DNA from: an uncultured Verrucomicrobiae bacterium
GTDB lineage: Bacteria; Verrucomicrobiota; Verrucomicrobiia; Limisphaerales; CAIMTB01
Direction: 5' to 3'
Assembly (NCBI GenBank): GCA_963841495.1
Contig: CAWJDJ010000017.1
Coordinates: 248,896 to 312,895, forward strand
DNA: 64,000 nucleotides
The notes beneath the pieces are model-generated. The model did no database searches. It saw only the letters and a program-made list of their open reading frames with translations, and had not been told where the DNA came from. How positions within the stretch are numbered: position 1 is the first letter of the stretch; each line of letters opens with the position of its first letter. Both the position numbers and the translations under genes were made by a program. Shown here one piece after another: positions 1-10,548 of the stretch.

Positions 1-2688
1 GGTCAGATCGGAGTGACTGCTTGGGATCCACCAGTGCCGCTCGGGGGCCAGGTTCTCCAGGCGGCCGGATCTCCACGTCACCGAACCATCCCCCTCGCCT
101 GTGACGAGGACCTCCAGCGTGCCGGGTCCGTTGGAAGCGGCGGGTTTCCGGAGGCCGCAAGGCGTCTGGGGCGCGCTGCCAAAGACATACGCCACGCGAT
201 CGACGGGTTCCGGCGCCCGATTGTCCGGCAGCGCCTGGCTCCATAGGCTCGCGGCTCGATCCAACAGGGTCTGGCTCGGAACGGCGGAGATGCCATCGCC
301 AAACCACCGGTCTCGAACCTGCCCCTGGTAGGCCTGCCATTGGGTCGCAAGGAAGTAGGTATCCTCCTGCGTGGCGGCGGTGTCCTCGAACTGAGGGCGC
401 GGCCGAGGCAGAAGCTGAAGGGCCCCCGGCAGCGTGGCCACCACTTCCAGGAGGTCCTTTAGCGTGTGCCGAAGATCGAGCCTCGCGAGATTCCGGGTCA
501 CATCCGCCTTCCCGAGCAAATGCTGCACCATGAGATGCGATCCGTTATTGGGTGTTCCGAGCATGACAAACCGGCCGCCCGGGTGCTGGACGATCTCCTT
601 CCAGAGCTCGGGCCGCGCCTGAATCAAGGCGCGGCAGACGAGGCCTCCCATGCTGTGCGCGAGCAAGCGGACCGGCTGCCGGCCCGCCAGCAACCGAAGA
701 ACGGGTTCGACTTCGCGTCCCAGGCGCACGGCCTCGTCCTGGATCGGCTTGCGCCAGTCATAGGCGAACCGGACCACATGGTGCGTGGCACTCAGGTGAT
801 CGCACAGATCGCCATAAAACATCTCGAACAGTCCCTCCGGTTCGATGGACAAACCCGCCGGACCGGCCGTCCAGCGGAGATTCGCAAACTGGCCAGCGGC
901 AATTCCGATGAAATCGAACCACACTTTCCGGCCGTCGCCAGGTTTGACGCCGGATTTCCGGATCTCAAGGTGGCTGCCCATGATCCCCGGCAAAAAGAAC
1001 ACGACCGGCCGGGTTCCATCGGGAACGGCGGGGGCGGCGGCGCGAGACCGCAGGCGCCGCGTCTCCGCCTCGGAGACCGCATTGCGTGCCGGGAGGTTCT
1101 CGAAATCGGTCGAATCCGGTTCCGGCGGGACCAGCCATCCGGAAAGCGCCTTCCGAGTGCGCGGGTTTTCAAAATAACGGAAGTGATTGATCCGTGGCCC
1201 CTGGTCGAAGAGGGCGCAGCCGCCACCGGCACGCGCAAGGCCCTCGTACATCGAAGCCGTGTCGACGACCAGATCGTTGTCGAGTCGATCGAAGAAGGTC
1301 CAATCCGTGAGGAGCACCCCAAGTCGCTGCCACACGGATCCCCCTTCGATGTCCCCGGCGATGACGGAAAATCGAAGCCCGGGATCCCGTGAGGCGCGCG
1401 CGAGCAACGATGGAAGCGGCGCATCCGGGAGCATCGCCTCAATGCCCGGAATGACCTGCGGATCCATCCGGCGCTTCGCGATCTCGAGCACCAGCCGCGC
1501 GACCCCTGAATAAATCCCGCTCGCGCGAAGACCGGGCACGGTCCCAATCACCGCAAGCAGCGCCGAAAGGAACACATCGAAGTTGGCACTGGCCAGCAGG
1601 GTGCCGCGGGCCGGCGACGCCACCCGCACATAGCGCTCACGGACAAAGCGCTTCTCCTCGAGCACCGCGCGAAGATCCCGGAGAAGGTCGCGTTCGCGCC
1701 GCGTCACCGCCTCGATTTCCTCCGCATTGACTCCTGGCGCCGGTTTCCGATTCCACGCGTCGATCTCGTCAGCGGAGAGCGACTGCAAACACAGAAGGTC
1801 ACCCACGAGACCGCCCCTCGAATGCGTCACGAATCGGAGTTGCGCACCAGCGGGCAGCACCCGCGCCAACTCCAGCGCGTTCTCCACCGGACTCTCAGAG
1901 AGCGTCCGATGCTCGAACGCGAAGATCCGGCGCCCGAAGGCTGACCGGAGGGCGCTCCATTCCCCCGGGCCGGCCTGCAGGTCGGCAAAGCTTCCCTGGG
2001 TGCTCGAGGCCGTGCCATGGATGAAGACCAGCAAAGGACCGTCAGCGGCATCCTGGGCGAGTGCCTCCGGCGTCACCGGGGCCAGGAGCGTTGCGGCGCT
2101 CGCGCCATCGGTCCACCGGTACAGTCCCGGGGTCTGCGAGAGGCGCGATTCGACAGCGGCAGCCAGGGCGCGGGCTCCGACCCAACTGGGTCCGTGGAGC
2201 AGGACATCGCCGACGGCCTGTCCGAGCCAGCTTCGGGCGATCTCCTCCGCCTTCTTGCGAGCCAGTGCCAGCAATGCGTCCTCCGACACGCCCAGGACCG
2301 AGAGACGGCGCCAAAGAAAATCCCCGAACCCGCGACCCGCCGGAAGGTTCGAGCGCAGCGCCTCCAGTGGGAGGCTGTCCTCCGAGAGCACGCCGTTCCA
2401 CTGAGCGGCCGACCGAAGGCGGCCAGGGTTGAGGAACAGCGTCTCGCCCCCGTCAGTCTCCAGTGCCAGCACGCTTTGCCCGTCGGTCACATCGACGCTC
2501 GCCGGCCGGCCGGCCGCCGCGTCCCGTGCCGCCCTCGACAGGTCGAATACCCGCTGGACCGTCACCGATCCCGGAGGAAGAAAAGGATCGGTCTCGCCAA
2601 ATCCGCGCCGCGCGGTGTTGAGGGCGGCGGGAAGGACGGTCTCAGGAACGGGTACGCCAGGAACCTCGAGGCGGAGGGTCGAACTCAT
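1..2688 (-). CDS. Tandem alpha/beta-hydrolase (lipase/LCAT/PGAP1-like) protein, 3' end runs off the window; homologous architectures often continue into a CHAT domain
   Basis: Manual translation from ATG at 2688 (MSSTLRLEVPG...) stays open to base 1 (...WWIPSSHSDLT), so the ORF track omits it. Domain 1: LLVFIHGTASST, FEHRTLSESP, FVTHSRGGLV. Domain 2: FLPGIMGSHL, FAYDWR, LLAHSMGGLV, MLGTPNNGS, GDGSVT. Confidence 0.85.
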   Translation of the reverse strand, partial: MSSTLRLEVPGVPVPETVLPAALNTARRGFGETDPFLPPGSVTVQRVFDLSRAARDAAAGRPASVDVTDGQSVLALETDGGETLFLNPGRLRSAAQWNGVLSEDSLPLEALRSNLPAGRGFGDFLWRRLSVLGVSEDALLALARKKAEEIARSWLGQAVGDVLLHGPSWVGARALAAAVESRLSQTPGLYRWTDGASAATLLAPVTPEALAQDAADGPLLVFIHGTASSTQGSFADLQAGPGEWSALRSAFGRRIFAFEHRTLSESPVENALELARVLPAGAQLRFVTHSRGGLVGDLLCLQSLSADEIDAWNRKPAPGVNAEEIEAVTRRERDLLRDLRAVLEEKRFVRERYVRVASPARGTLLASANFDVFLSALLAVIGTVPGLRASGIYSGVARLVLEIAKRRMDPQVIPGIEAMLPDAPLPSLLARASRDPGLRFSVIAGDIEGGSVWQRLGVLLTDWTFFDRLDNDLVVDTASMYEGLARAGGGCALFDQGPRINHFRYFENPRTRKALSGWLVPPEPDSTDFENLPARNAVSEAETRRLRSRAAAPAVPDGTRPVVFFLPGIMGSHLEIRKSGVKPGDGRKVWFDFIGIAAGQFANLRWTAGPAGLSIEPEGLFEMFYGDLCDHLSATHHVVRFAYDWRKPIQDEAVRLGREVEPVLRLLAGRQPVRLLAHSMGGLVCRALIQARPELWKEIVQHPGGRFVMLGTPNNGSHLMVQHLLGKADVTRNLARLDLRHTLKDLLEVVATLPGALQLLPRPRPQFEDTAATQEDTYFLATQWQAYQGQVRDRWFGDGISAVPSQTLLDRAASLWSQALPDNRAPEPVDRVAYVFGSAPQTPCGLRKPAASNGPGTLEVLVTGEGDGSVTWRSGRLENLAPERHWWIPSSHSDLT

Positions 2689-3260
2689 GAGGGGTGCGGG
2701 AGGATGAGGCAGCCTCGAGACCTATACAATCTCCAAGGCTCACGTTCCCATCGGTTCATCGGCAGCATTGTCGCGGACACACTCATCACATCGCTGGAGG
2801 TGCCGCTTGCCTGTCGAGGGCGATCATGACCGCGGGTCGGAGGCAGGCCTGGTCATTTCCATTGTCGAAGCGGCGTGAACGCCGCGCGCCCGCGCCAATT
2901 GGACCGCGGGCTTCAGCCCGCTTCACCCTCGAATGCCCCCAAGACTTAAATCCGCGCCAAGTCCCGGGCCCGAAGGGAAAGGGAACGCACTGCGCCGTTG
3001 GCGCCAATTTTCTCCTGAAAGAATTTTGTCCTTGGCCGGTATTGCCAGGTGTGACCTTGTTTCCCGCGATCACCCGCTGTGCGCTGTCGCGCTTTACACA
3101 TGAACTGCGCGTCCGTACCCACCGAGGTAAAGCGGCGGAACCCCTTGCTCCGTCTCCTAACGTCGGCGGCTACGGTTCATCGGTCATAAACCGGCTCAAA
3201 ACGCCAACCGTTTTTGGAAAAGCGGCGACCCAGTCCAATCCAACCTCGTCGTGTCGTTCT

Positions 3261-6200
3261 ATGGAACCCCTCCTCTCCGCCCGATCCCGCCGACGCGGAA
3301 TCCTCAACACAGCCGTCGCCCTGTGCGGGCTGGTCCTGTTACCGGATGCGGCCCACTCTCAGACGCTCAAAATCACCGGGTTGAGCCTCGGCGCGGGCGG
3401 CGCACCGCGTGTCAGCCACAGCGCCGACATGGCGCACTATTTCGTTTTGCTCCGTGGGAGCACCCTCAGCGACCTGTCGCACCCAATCGATGCCCGGCTC
3501 GGATCCGGCGCCACGGGAGAATTATCCGACCCGGCGCCTCTCGCATCGGTGGCGTTCTACCGCGTCCTTCAAATCCCGCTGTCCGATCCGCTCGACCTCG
3601 ATCGCGATGGCATGGACGATGTGTACGAACTCAACCGCGCCCCTGCGCTCGATGCGCTGAATCCCGCCGACGCCCTGCAGGATGCGGACGGCGACCTTCG
3701 ATCGAATCTCGCCGAGACCGAAGCGGGGTCAGATCCGTTGAATCCGGATTTCTTCGTTGTCGCCTCACCGCGAAACGGCGAAACCGGTGTCAGCGTGAAC
3801 CGCGAGACCATTCTCCGGTTCACTGTGCCCCTGGCGGCTGGCTCGTCCCTGGACAACCAGGTGCTCTGGGCGGAGACCGGCGGCCGCCGGCTCCTCACCC
3901 GGACGGAACTCTCCACCGACCGCCGGACGGCGACCCTCTTCTACCTCGAACCCGTTCCAGGATCGTCCCGGGTCCGCGTCTTCTTCGACGGAACCGGCCT
4001 GCGCGATGCCCAGGATCGGTCGCTTGATCTCGATTCTGACGGTCAACCCGGAGGCATCGCCGCCATCGAATTCACCACGGCAGGGTTCAGTGCCGTCGCC
4101 GGCACGGCGATCATCGGGCAGGTCTTCGCCAGTGAACCGGCCCCGGCCCCATTCTCCCCCGGGGGCTTTACCAATCGCCCTTTGGCGGGAGTGACCATCA
4201 CGGTGGACGGCGCCGAGGAATCGCTCCGCACCGTCACGGCGGCCGACGGCACCTTCTCGCTGAACCCCTGCCCTGCAGGTCGCTTCTTTGTGCATGTGGA
4301 TGGTCGGACCGTCTCAGATCCGGCGGCGGGCATTCATTGGCCCGATCTCGCCTACTATCCCTTCGTTGGAAAGGCGTGGGAGGCGCGAGCCGGCATCCTG
4401 ACGAATCTCGCCGGCGGCACGGGCGAGATCTTTCTCCCCTTGATACCGAGCGGCGCCCTTCAACCGGTCAACGCGATGACCGAGACCCGCATCGGCTTCG
4501 CGCCCGGGATCACCAACGCCAATCCCGCCCTCGCCGGCGTGGAGATCACCGTGCCGCCGAACGCCCTGTTCTCCGACAGCGGCGTCCGGGGCGGACGAGT
4601 CGGTCTCGCGCCCGTCGATCCCCAGCGACTTCCTGAACCGCTGCCGCCGGGACTGACCTTTCCCCTCGTCATCACCGTCCAGACCGATGGGCCACTGAAC
4701 TTCGATCAGCCTGCCCCCGTGAAGTTCCCGAACCTTCCCGACCCCGGAACGGGGCGGAAGCTCGCCCCAGGCGAGAAGTCCGCCCTGTGGAGTTTCGACC
4801 ATGACAAGGGGACGTGGGAGATTGTGGGGCCCATGACGGTTTCCGCCGATGGCCTCTACGTTGTCTCCGATCCGGGCGTTGGGATCCGCCAGCCCGGATG
4901 GCACGGAAGCAACCCCGGCAGCGGCGGTGGCGGCCCACCCCCCGGACCTCCCCCGCCGCGTCGTCCATTCCCGACCCCGCGCCCACCTTTGTCTCCGCCT
5001 TCGCCTCCGCCGCCTCCCCCGCCACCCGCTCCGGACGATTCCCCGTCTGACGACAGTTCAGAGCCGGATAATGGCTCGATGATCCCGGATTTTCCGGAGA
5101 TCCCCGACATCCCGTTCATTGACGAGCCGCATAGTTGGGGAGATCTCGTGTCGGCCATCACGGATCAACTCCCCACGATGGGCCCCGACGTCTATGGTCC
5201 GATCGTCGACATCGGCACCAAGGGTATCGACATGTTCGATGACCTCGGGGATGTGATTGGATCCCATACAGTCACGGATTCCGATGGCGATGGGATCCCC
5301 GATGTCGTCGAGTCCAGGGACGAATTCCTCCAGGCCATCCAGGATGCCGCGGAGGATCAGCTTCCCAGCGCGCCGGACAATGCCAGCGACGCCTCGAACA
5401 CCCTCAAGGATTGGTTCGACATCTGGAAGGAACTCTACGGAGAAGACGCCCTCCGCGCTCCAGGCCATGGCCGACATGTCCCGGTCGTGCGCGCGCTGAC
5501 GAGGTCCTCCCCGCCAGGTCCCCCACCCGCAGCCATTCCGCACCTGATGGAACTTCAGCAGGAATCCGAAGATCTCGCCCGGCTGGCGGCGCTTCAGTCG
5601 GCCTTCGACGATTACTTCAACGCGCTGTTGGGCAGTGCCCGGTGGACCAATCTCTCCAGCGCAGGTGTCCAGTTCCGCGAAATGGGTCCGGTCCTCCTCG
5701 CCATGTTGGCCGCACAGCAATCCGGCACCGACCAGGGCGTGCAAATCTCCTCAGCGGAATCCGCCACCATCCTCGACGTTCCGTCGGACAAGGTTTCCGC
5801 GGCCCTTCGATTGGAAGTCATCGCCCGTCTCAATCTGACCACAACCTTCAATGCAACGGGCATCGTCCTCCACTCGGATCCGGGGGCAACTTCGTCGGAT
5901 TTCATCGATGCCGGCGAGGAGCAGGCGGCTGTCGCGCGGATCCTCGCGGAGGTCAACGCCGAAGCCGATGCGGGATTCGAGACCCCCGGCGGCCGCGGGC
6001 TGGACCTCGTCGCGAGGATGGGCACTGCCCTCGGCGGTTTCTTCGCCGCCTACATGCCCGCGCCTGACCTCGAGCCGTCCTCGGATAACGAGTATCCAGT
6101 GTCGCTGGAAATATTCCCCCCGGGCGGAGGCGTCCAGGAACAACACCTCACAACCGACGGCCTCGGCCGCCTCGACGGTCTCCGCGTCCCCGCCAACGCG

Positions 6201-9200
6201 ATCGTCATCGTTCGCTGGCTCGACCCCGGGAGCTTTCGGATCGCCATCTCCTTCTTCACCTCCGGCCCGCCCGGGACCCGGTTCACGATTCCCCAGGCCA
6301 TTTGGAGCGAAACGCCGCCGGCGACCGATTCGGATGGGGACGGTTTGCCGGATGACGCCGAACGAATCGTCGGCACACGAATTGACCTGGCCGATACCGA
6401 CGGTGACAGCGTGTCGGACTCGGCAGAGGTTCGCTCCCACGCGAATCCCCTCGACGGCATCGTGGTACAACCCGGGATCGCGGGCAGTGTCGACACGCCG
6501 GGCAAGGCCGTGGACGTGGCGGTCGAGACGTATGATCTCTCCCGCTTCGGTGGCGCCTCGGCGGTGACCCGGATCCTCGTCGCGGACGGAACCGCCGGAG
6601 TCGCCGTGATGGCTCTCGAAAGCGGTCAACCCGTCCTGCTCGGCGAGGTCGATACTCCGGGCGACGCACGGCGCGTCGCCCTTCCCCAGTCTGGCAGTCT
6701 GCTCGCCGATGAGATAGGCCTGGGAGCCGTCGCAGACGGTTCCGCGGGTCTCGCTATTGTTGATCTTTCCGATCCAACCAAACCCCGGATTGTCCACCAG
6801 GTCGCCCTGGAGGGAGTCACCCTTGGCGTCACGGTCTTCGGCGGGGTGGCGTACGCCGGCTCGGACCAGGGCGTGATCACGGCTGTCGATTTGTTCACGG
6901 GCTCGGTGTTGGGAGACCTCACGCTCGGCTTCGCAATTCAGGACCTCAGGGTCCACGCCGGCGTCCTGTTTGTCGTGGGTCCGCGCAACAACCAGGCGAC
7001 ACTCCAGTCGGTTCCCCTCTTGGAGAACGGGCTGTTCGGCGTGCCGGCCGGCCCGGTGGGCTCCACGGGGAATCTCAGCCGCAGCGGCCTCCGCCTGGCC
7101 GTAGGCGACGGGTTGGCGTACATGGTCCATGGCAAGGGTTACAATACCTGGAACATCACGGATCCCCTCGCCCCCGCACTGATCGGCACGGGAGACACCA
7201 CGCAGTTCGGATGGAAACAGATCGCGCCCGACGGCACGGGGCTCGGTGTGGCCTGTGTCGGCCCGAATGGATCCGACGACGGCGCGCATGACATCTCGAT
7301 TTACGATGTCCGTGACCCCGCCCAAACGGAACGGTTCATCCTGACCGTCATCACGCCCGGTCTGGCGTCCGCCGTTGCCGTTCACGACGGGGTGGCCTAT
7401 GTCGCCGATGGGACCGCCGGCGTCGAAATCGTCCAATACACCGTCTCCGACCTCGGAACGAACCCACCCACCGTTCAACTCCGCGTGACCCCAGGTCAGG
7501 CGGTCATCTCCGGATCCCGGGTCACGGTCGACGCCGCTGTCGCGGACGATGTCCAGGTTCGCTCCGTCGAATTGCTCCTCGACGGCGAGCGCATTGGGGA
7601 AGACCGCGGTTGGCCCTTCGAGTTTGCCTTTCAGGCGCCGGTGCTCAGCCCCACAAAGACATCCTTCACCCTGCAGGCGCGCGCGACCGACGGGGCCGGC
7701 AACTTGGGCCTCAGTTCGGTGACCCTCGTCTCGCTCGTCCCCGATACCACACCCCCGGACATCGTGGCCATCGTGCCCGGCGACGGTCGCACCGTGTTCG
7801 GCACCGACCCGACTGTCTCGGTTTCCTTCAGCGAGGCGATGGACCTCGCCTCGATCAACGCCTCGACCTTCCAGCTCTGGAGCGCAGGTCCCGACGGGGA
7901 GTTCGATACGAGCGATGATTCTCCAGTGGCGGGGGCGATCGTCTCGCAACTCGAACGCGCTTACCGGTCGGTGTTGACCTTCCCGGGCGCCTTCGCACCT
8001 GGTGATTACCGTATCGTCATCGATGCCTCCGTGCGGGACGCGAATGGAAATGCGCTCGGTCATCAGGTCCTGTCCGGGTTCCAGGTCCGCCAAGGTGACC
8101 TCCGCAACGGCGGCACATTCGCGGTCGAAGGATCGCTTCTCACCGATGGCGTCGAAGATCAGTACACCTTCTTCGCCAAGGCCAGCCAGAGTGTCTTCTT
8201 CAACCTCGAGAAGGGCGCGGCCATCCCCCTCCAGTGGAGTGTCGAGGACGAAAGCGGCACGCGCGTGTTCAATCGCGCGGCGATTGGCGATCCTGGGGTG
8301 ATTGTCCTGCCGAGCGATGGGCTCTACCGCATGGTGCTGCGTCGAACCGGTCCAATGAACCCGGACTACCGCGTGAGCCTCTGGGACGTCCCACCGGCTT
8401 CCACCTACCCGATCGCCGTCGGTGATACTGTCCGCGATGGAGCACCCGCCGCCGGCGCCGGCAACATCGAAACCCCCGGAGTGGAGGACCGCTACACGTT
8501 TACCGCCAGCCCAGGCCAACGGGTTTATTTCGATATTCTTGAAGGCCAAAGTGCGGGCCTGGCGTGGACCCTTGTCGATGATACCGGTGCTGAAGTGTTC
8601 GACGCCGGCTTCATCGGCGACCCGGGTGTCGTCAAACTCGTCCGCGCCGGGGTTTACACCCTCACCGTCGGCAATCAAAGGTCCGACGCCACCGAAACCT
8701 ACGCCTTCAAATTGTGGACCGTCCCCGATCCGCAAGTGTTCCCGATCGCCGTCGGAGACACGATCCGCGACGGCATGCCCGCCGCCGGCGCCGGCAACAT
8801 CGAAACCCCCGGAGTGGAGGACCTCTACACGTTCACCGCCAGCCCAGGTCAACGCGTCTATTTCGATATTCTCGAAGGCCAGAGTGCAGGCCTCGCGTGG
8901 ATACTTACTGATGATACCGGGGCCGAGGTGTTCCACTCCGGTTTCATCGGCGACCCGGGTGTCGTCAAACTCGTCCGCGGCGGTGTTTACACACTCACCG
9001 TCGGCAATCTCAAATCCGACGCCACCGAAACCTACGCCTTCAAATTGTGGAACGTCCCCGATCCGCAAGTGTTCCCGATCGCCGTCGGAGACACGATCCG
9101 TGACGGCATGCCCGCCGCCGGCGCCGGCAACATCGAAACCCCCGGAGTGGAGGACCTCTACACGTTCACCGCCAGCCCAGGTCAACGCGTCTATTTCGAT

Positions 9201-10061
9201 ATTCTCGAAGGCCAGAGTGCAGGCCTCGCGTGGATACTTACCGACGATACCGGTGCCGAAGTGTTCCACTCCGGTTTCATCGGCGACCCGGGCGTCGTGG
9301 AACTCGTCCGCGGCGGTGTTTACACACTCACCGTCGGCAATCTCAAATCCGACGCCACCGAAACCTACGCCTTCAAATTGTGGAATGTCCCCGATCCGCA
9401 AGTGTTCCCGATCGCCGTCGGAGACACGATCCGTGACGGCATGCCCGCCGCCGGCGCCGGCAACATCGAAACCCCCGGAGTGGAGGACCTCTACACGTTC
9501 ACCACCAGCCCAGGCCAACTCGTCTATTTCGATATTCTCGAAGGCCAGAGTGCAGGCCTCGCGTGGATACTTACCGACGATACCGGGGCCGAAGTGTTCC
9601 ACTCCGGTTTCATCGGCGACCCGGGCGTCGTGGAACTCGTCCGCGGCGGTGTTTACACACTCACCGTCGGCAATCTCAAATCCGACGCCACCGAAACCTA
9701 CGCGTTCGAGTTATGGCCCGTTCCCGATCCCGAGACCTTCGCCCTCGCGATCGGCGATACCGTCCAGGACGGCCAACCGGCGGCCGGCGCCGGGAACATC
9801 GAGAGCCCGGGCGCCGAGGACGCGTACACCTTCACGGCCACTGCCGGCCAGCGCGCCGATTTCGATCTCCTGAGCGGCGCCAGTGCCGGCCTGGTCTGGC
9901 GCCTGACCGATGATTCTGGCGCCGAAGTGTTCCGGTCCGGATTCTTCCTGGATCACAATGGCATCGAACTCACTCGAGGCGGGGTCTACACGCTCACCGT
10001 GGGCAACTCCAGGTCGGATGCTCGGGGTATTTACTCCTTCCAGATCCGAAGCAACCCGTAA
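3261..10061 (+). CDS. Giant secreted/surface protein: signal peptide, DxDxDG Ca-binding motifs, Ig-like (Big_5) domains, carboxypeptidase-regulatory-like domain, Pro-rich linker, LVIVD-like propeller, Ig domains, C-terminal PPC-like tandem repeats
   Basis: Within ORF 2694..10061. Likely start MEPLLSARSRRRGILNTAVALCGLVLLPDAAHS (signal peptide). DLDRDGMDD/DSDGDGLPDD motifs, SPRNGETGVSVN and VSFSEAMD Big_5 signatures, AYVADGTAGV LVIVD-type repeats. Confidence 0.8.
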   Translation: MEPLLSARSRRRGILNTAVALCGLVLLPDAAHSQTLKITGLSLGAGGAPRVSHSADMAHYFVLLRGSTLSDLSHPIDARLGSGATGELSDPAPLASVAFYRVLQIPLSDPLDLDRDGMDDVYELNRAPALDALNPADALQDADGDLRSNLAETEAGSDPLNPDFFVVASPRNGETGVSVNRETILRFTVPLAAGSSLDNQVLWAETGGRRLLTRTELSTDRRTATLFYLEPVPGSSRVRVFFDGTGLRDAQDRSLDLDSDGQPGGIAAIEFTTAGFSAVAGTAIIGQVFASEPAPAPFSPGGFTNRPLAGVTITVDGAEESLRTVTAADGTFSLNPCPAGRFFVHVDGRTVSDPAAGIHWPDLAYYPFVGKAWEARAGILTNLAGGTGEIFLPLIPSGALQPVNAMTETRIGFAPGITNANPALAGVEITVPPNALFSDSGVRGGRVGLAPVDPQRLPEPLPPGLTFPLVITVQTDGPLNFDQPAPVKFPNLPDPGTGRKLAPGEKSALWSFDHDKGTWEIVGPMTVSADGLYVVSDPGVGIRQPGWHGSNPGSGGGGPPPGPPPPRRPFPTPRPPLSPPSPPPPPPPPAPDDSPSDDSSEPDNGSMIPDFPEIPDIPFIDEPHSWGDLVSAITDQLPTMGPDVYGPIVDIGTKGIDMFDDLGDVIGSHTVTDSDGDGIPDVVESRDEFLQAIQDAAEDQLPSAPDNASDASNTLKDWFDIWKELYGEDALRAPGHGRHVPVVRALTRSSPPGPPPAAIPHLMELQQESEDLARLAALQSAFDDYFNALLGSARWTNLSSAGVQFREMGPVLLAMLAAQQSGTDQGVQISSAESATILDVPSDKVSAALRLEVIARLNLTTTFNATGIVLHSDPGATSSDFIDAGEEQAAVARILAEVNAEADAGFETPGGRGLDLVARMGTALGGFFAAYMPAPDLEPSSDNEYPVSLEIFPPGGGVQEQHLTTDGLGRLDGLRVPANAIVIVRWLDPGSFRIAISFFTSGPPGTRFTIPQAIWSETPPATDSDGDGLPDDAERIVGTRIDLADTDGDSVSDSAEVRSHANPLDGIVVQPGIAGSVDTPGKAVDVAVETYDLSRFGGASAVTRILVADGTAGVAVMALESGQPVLLGEVDTPGDARRVALPQSGSLLADEIGLGAVADGSAGLAIVDLSDPTKPRIVHQVALEGVTLGVTVFGGVAYAGSDQGVITAVDLFTGSVLGDLTLGFAIQDLRVHAGVLFVVGPRNNQATLQSVPLLENGLFGVPAGPVGSTGNLSRSGLRLAVGDGLAYMVHGKGYNTWNITDPLAPALIGTGDTTQFGWKQIAPDGTGLGVACVGPNGSDDGAHDISIYDVRDPAQTERFILTVITPGLASAVAVHDGVAYVADGTAGVEIVQYTVSDLGTNPPTVQLRVTPGQAVISGSRVTVDAAVADDVQVRSVELLLDGERIGEDRGWPFEFAFQAPVLSPTKTSFTLQARATDGAGNLGLSSVTLVSLVPDTTPPDIVAIVPGDGRTVFGTDPTVSVSFSEAMDLASINASTFQLWSAGPDGEFDTSDDSPVAGAIVSQLERAYRSVLTFPGAFAPGDYRIVIDASVRDANGNALGHQVLSGFQVRQGDLRNGGTFAVEGSLLTDGVEDQYTFFAKASQSVFFNLEKGAAIPLQWSVEDESGTRVFNRAAIGDPGVIVLPSDGLYRMVLRRTGPMNPDYRVSLWDVPPASTYPIAVGDTVRDGAPAAGAGNIETPGVEDRYTFTASPGQRVYFDILEGQSAGLAWTLVDDTGAEVFDAGFIGDPGVVKLVRAGVYTLTVGNQRSDATETYAFKLWTVPDPQVFPIAVGDTIRDGMPAAGAGNIETPGVEDLYTFTASPGQRVYFDILEGQSAGLAWILTDDTGAEVFHSGFIGDPGVVKLVRGGVYTLTVGNLKSDATETYAFKLWNVPDPQVFPIAVGDTIRDGMPAAGAGNIETPGVEDLYTFTASPGQRVYFDILEGQSAGLAWILTDDTGAEVFHSGFIGDPGVVELVRGGVYTLTVGNLKSDATETYAFKLWNVPDPQVFPIAVGDTIRDGMPAAGAGNIETPGVEDLYTFTTSPGQLVYFDILEGQSAGLAWILTDDTGAEVFHSGFIGDPGVVELVRGGVYTLTVGNLKSDATETYAFELWPVPDPETFALAIGDTVQDGQPAAGAGNIESPGAEDAYTFTATAGQRADFDLLSGASAGLVWRLTDDSGAEVFRSGFFLDHNGIELTRGGVYTLTVGNSRSDARGIYSFQIRSNP
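8400..10055 (+). repeat. Five tandem 333-bp (111-aa) coding repeats; copies 2-4 near-identical
   Basis: The GCCGGCGCCGGCAAC (AGAGN) anchor recurs at 8451, 8784, 9117, 9450 and 9783 (last copy GCCGGCGCCGGGAAC), an exact 333-bp period. Confidence 0.95.
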
Positions 10062-10333
10062 ATGAACCAGAGAATGGCGAATAGGGAATGGCGAATGAAA
10101 AGAACTGGCCCGTCATCCCATCCCTCTCCCATCCGTTGCGGGTCCTTACCCACATTCTGCATCGCTGGAGACCGGGTCAGGGCGACATTGTGGGACACCG
10201 GTCGGTGGAGCGACGAACGGTCCCGGAGGGACCGGGGACAATAGCCCGGGGCAAGTCCCGCGGACGCGGGAAGCGCCGCCCCCGGTACCGTCCGCCATCC
10301 CATTCGCCACGCCGCGGCGGAACCGGGGCGTGG

Positions 10334-10409
10334 CCCGCAGAACACGCAGAGGAACGCAGAAGAAAAGGGATCGACCTTCTCTTTCTGCGCGTTCTGCGTT
10401 TTCTGCGGG
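10334..10409. repeat. Palindromic REP-like element built from CGCAGA(A/G) units, copy 1
   Basis: CCCGCAGAACACGCAGAGGAACGCAGAAG...TTCTGCGCGTTCTGCGTTTTCTGCGGG; an inverted related copy lies at 17063-17152. Confidence 0.8.
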
Positions 10410-10548
10410 AACTTCCCATGAAAACTCAGCGGCACTTCAGCCAAGGCAGAACCGAGGGGGCGCGGGATTTCCGCCAATCTCAAGCGGATCGCGGAGTTGG
10501 TGGGAAGCGAATTCATGCTGGCGGGCCAGTCCGTTGCCAACCACATGG

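Noticed and set aside
2694-3260. N-terminal 189-aa extension of the giant protein
   Set aside because: Looks like an open intergenic/promoter region between divergent genes; the signal peptide starts at 3261.
5751-9602. 1283-aa minus-strand ORF and other long antisense ORFs (e.g. 466..1392, 17255..19198, 34587..37205, 44843..46603, 46417..48285)
   Set aside because: Shadow ORFs opposite well-supported genes in high-GC DNA, with no recognisable motifs.
8400-10055. CRISPR array or DGR template/variable repeat pair
   Set aside because: The repeats are in-frame 333-bp coding units without spacers; no cas genes or reverse transcriptase; differences are not adenine-specific.
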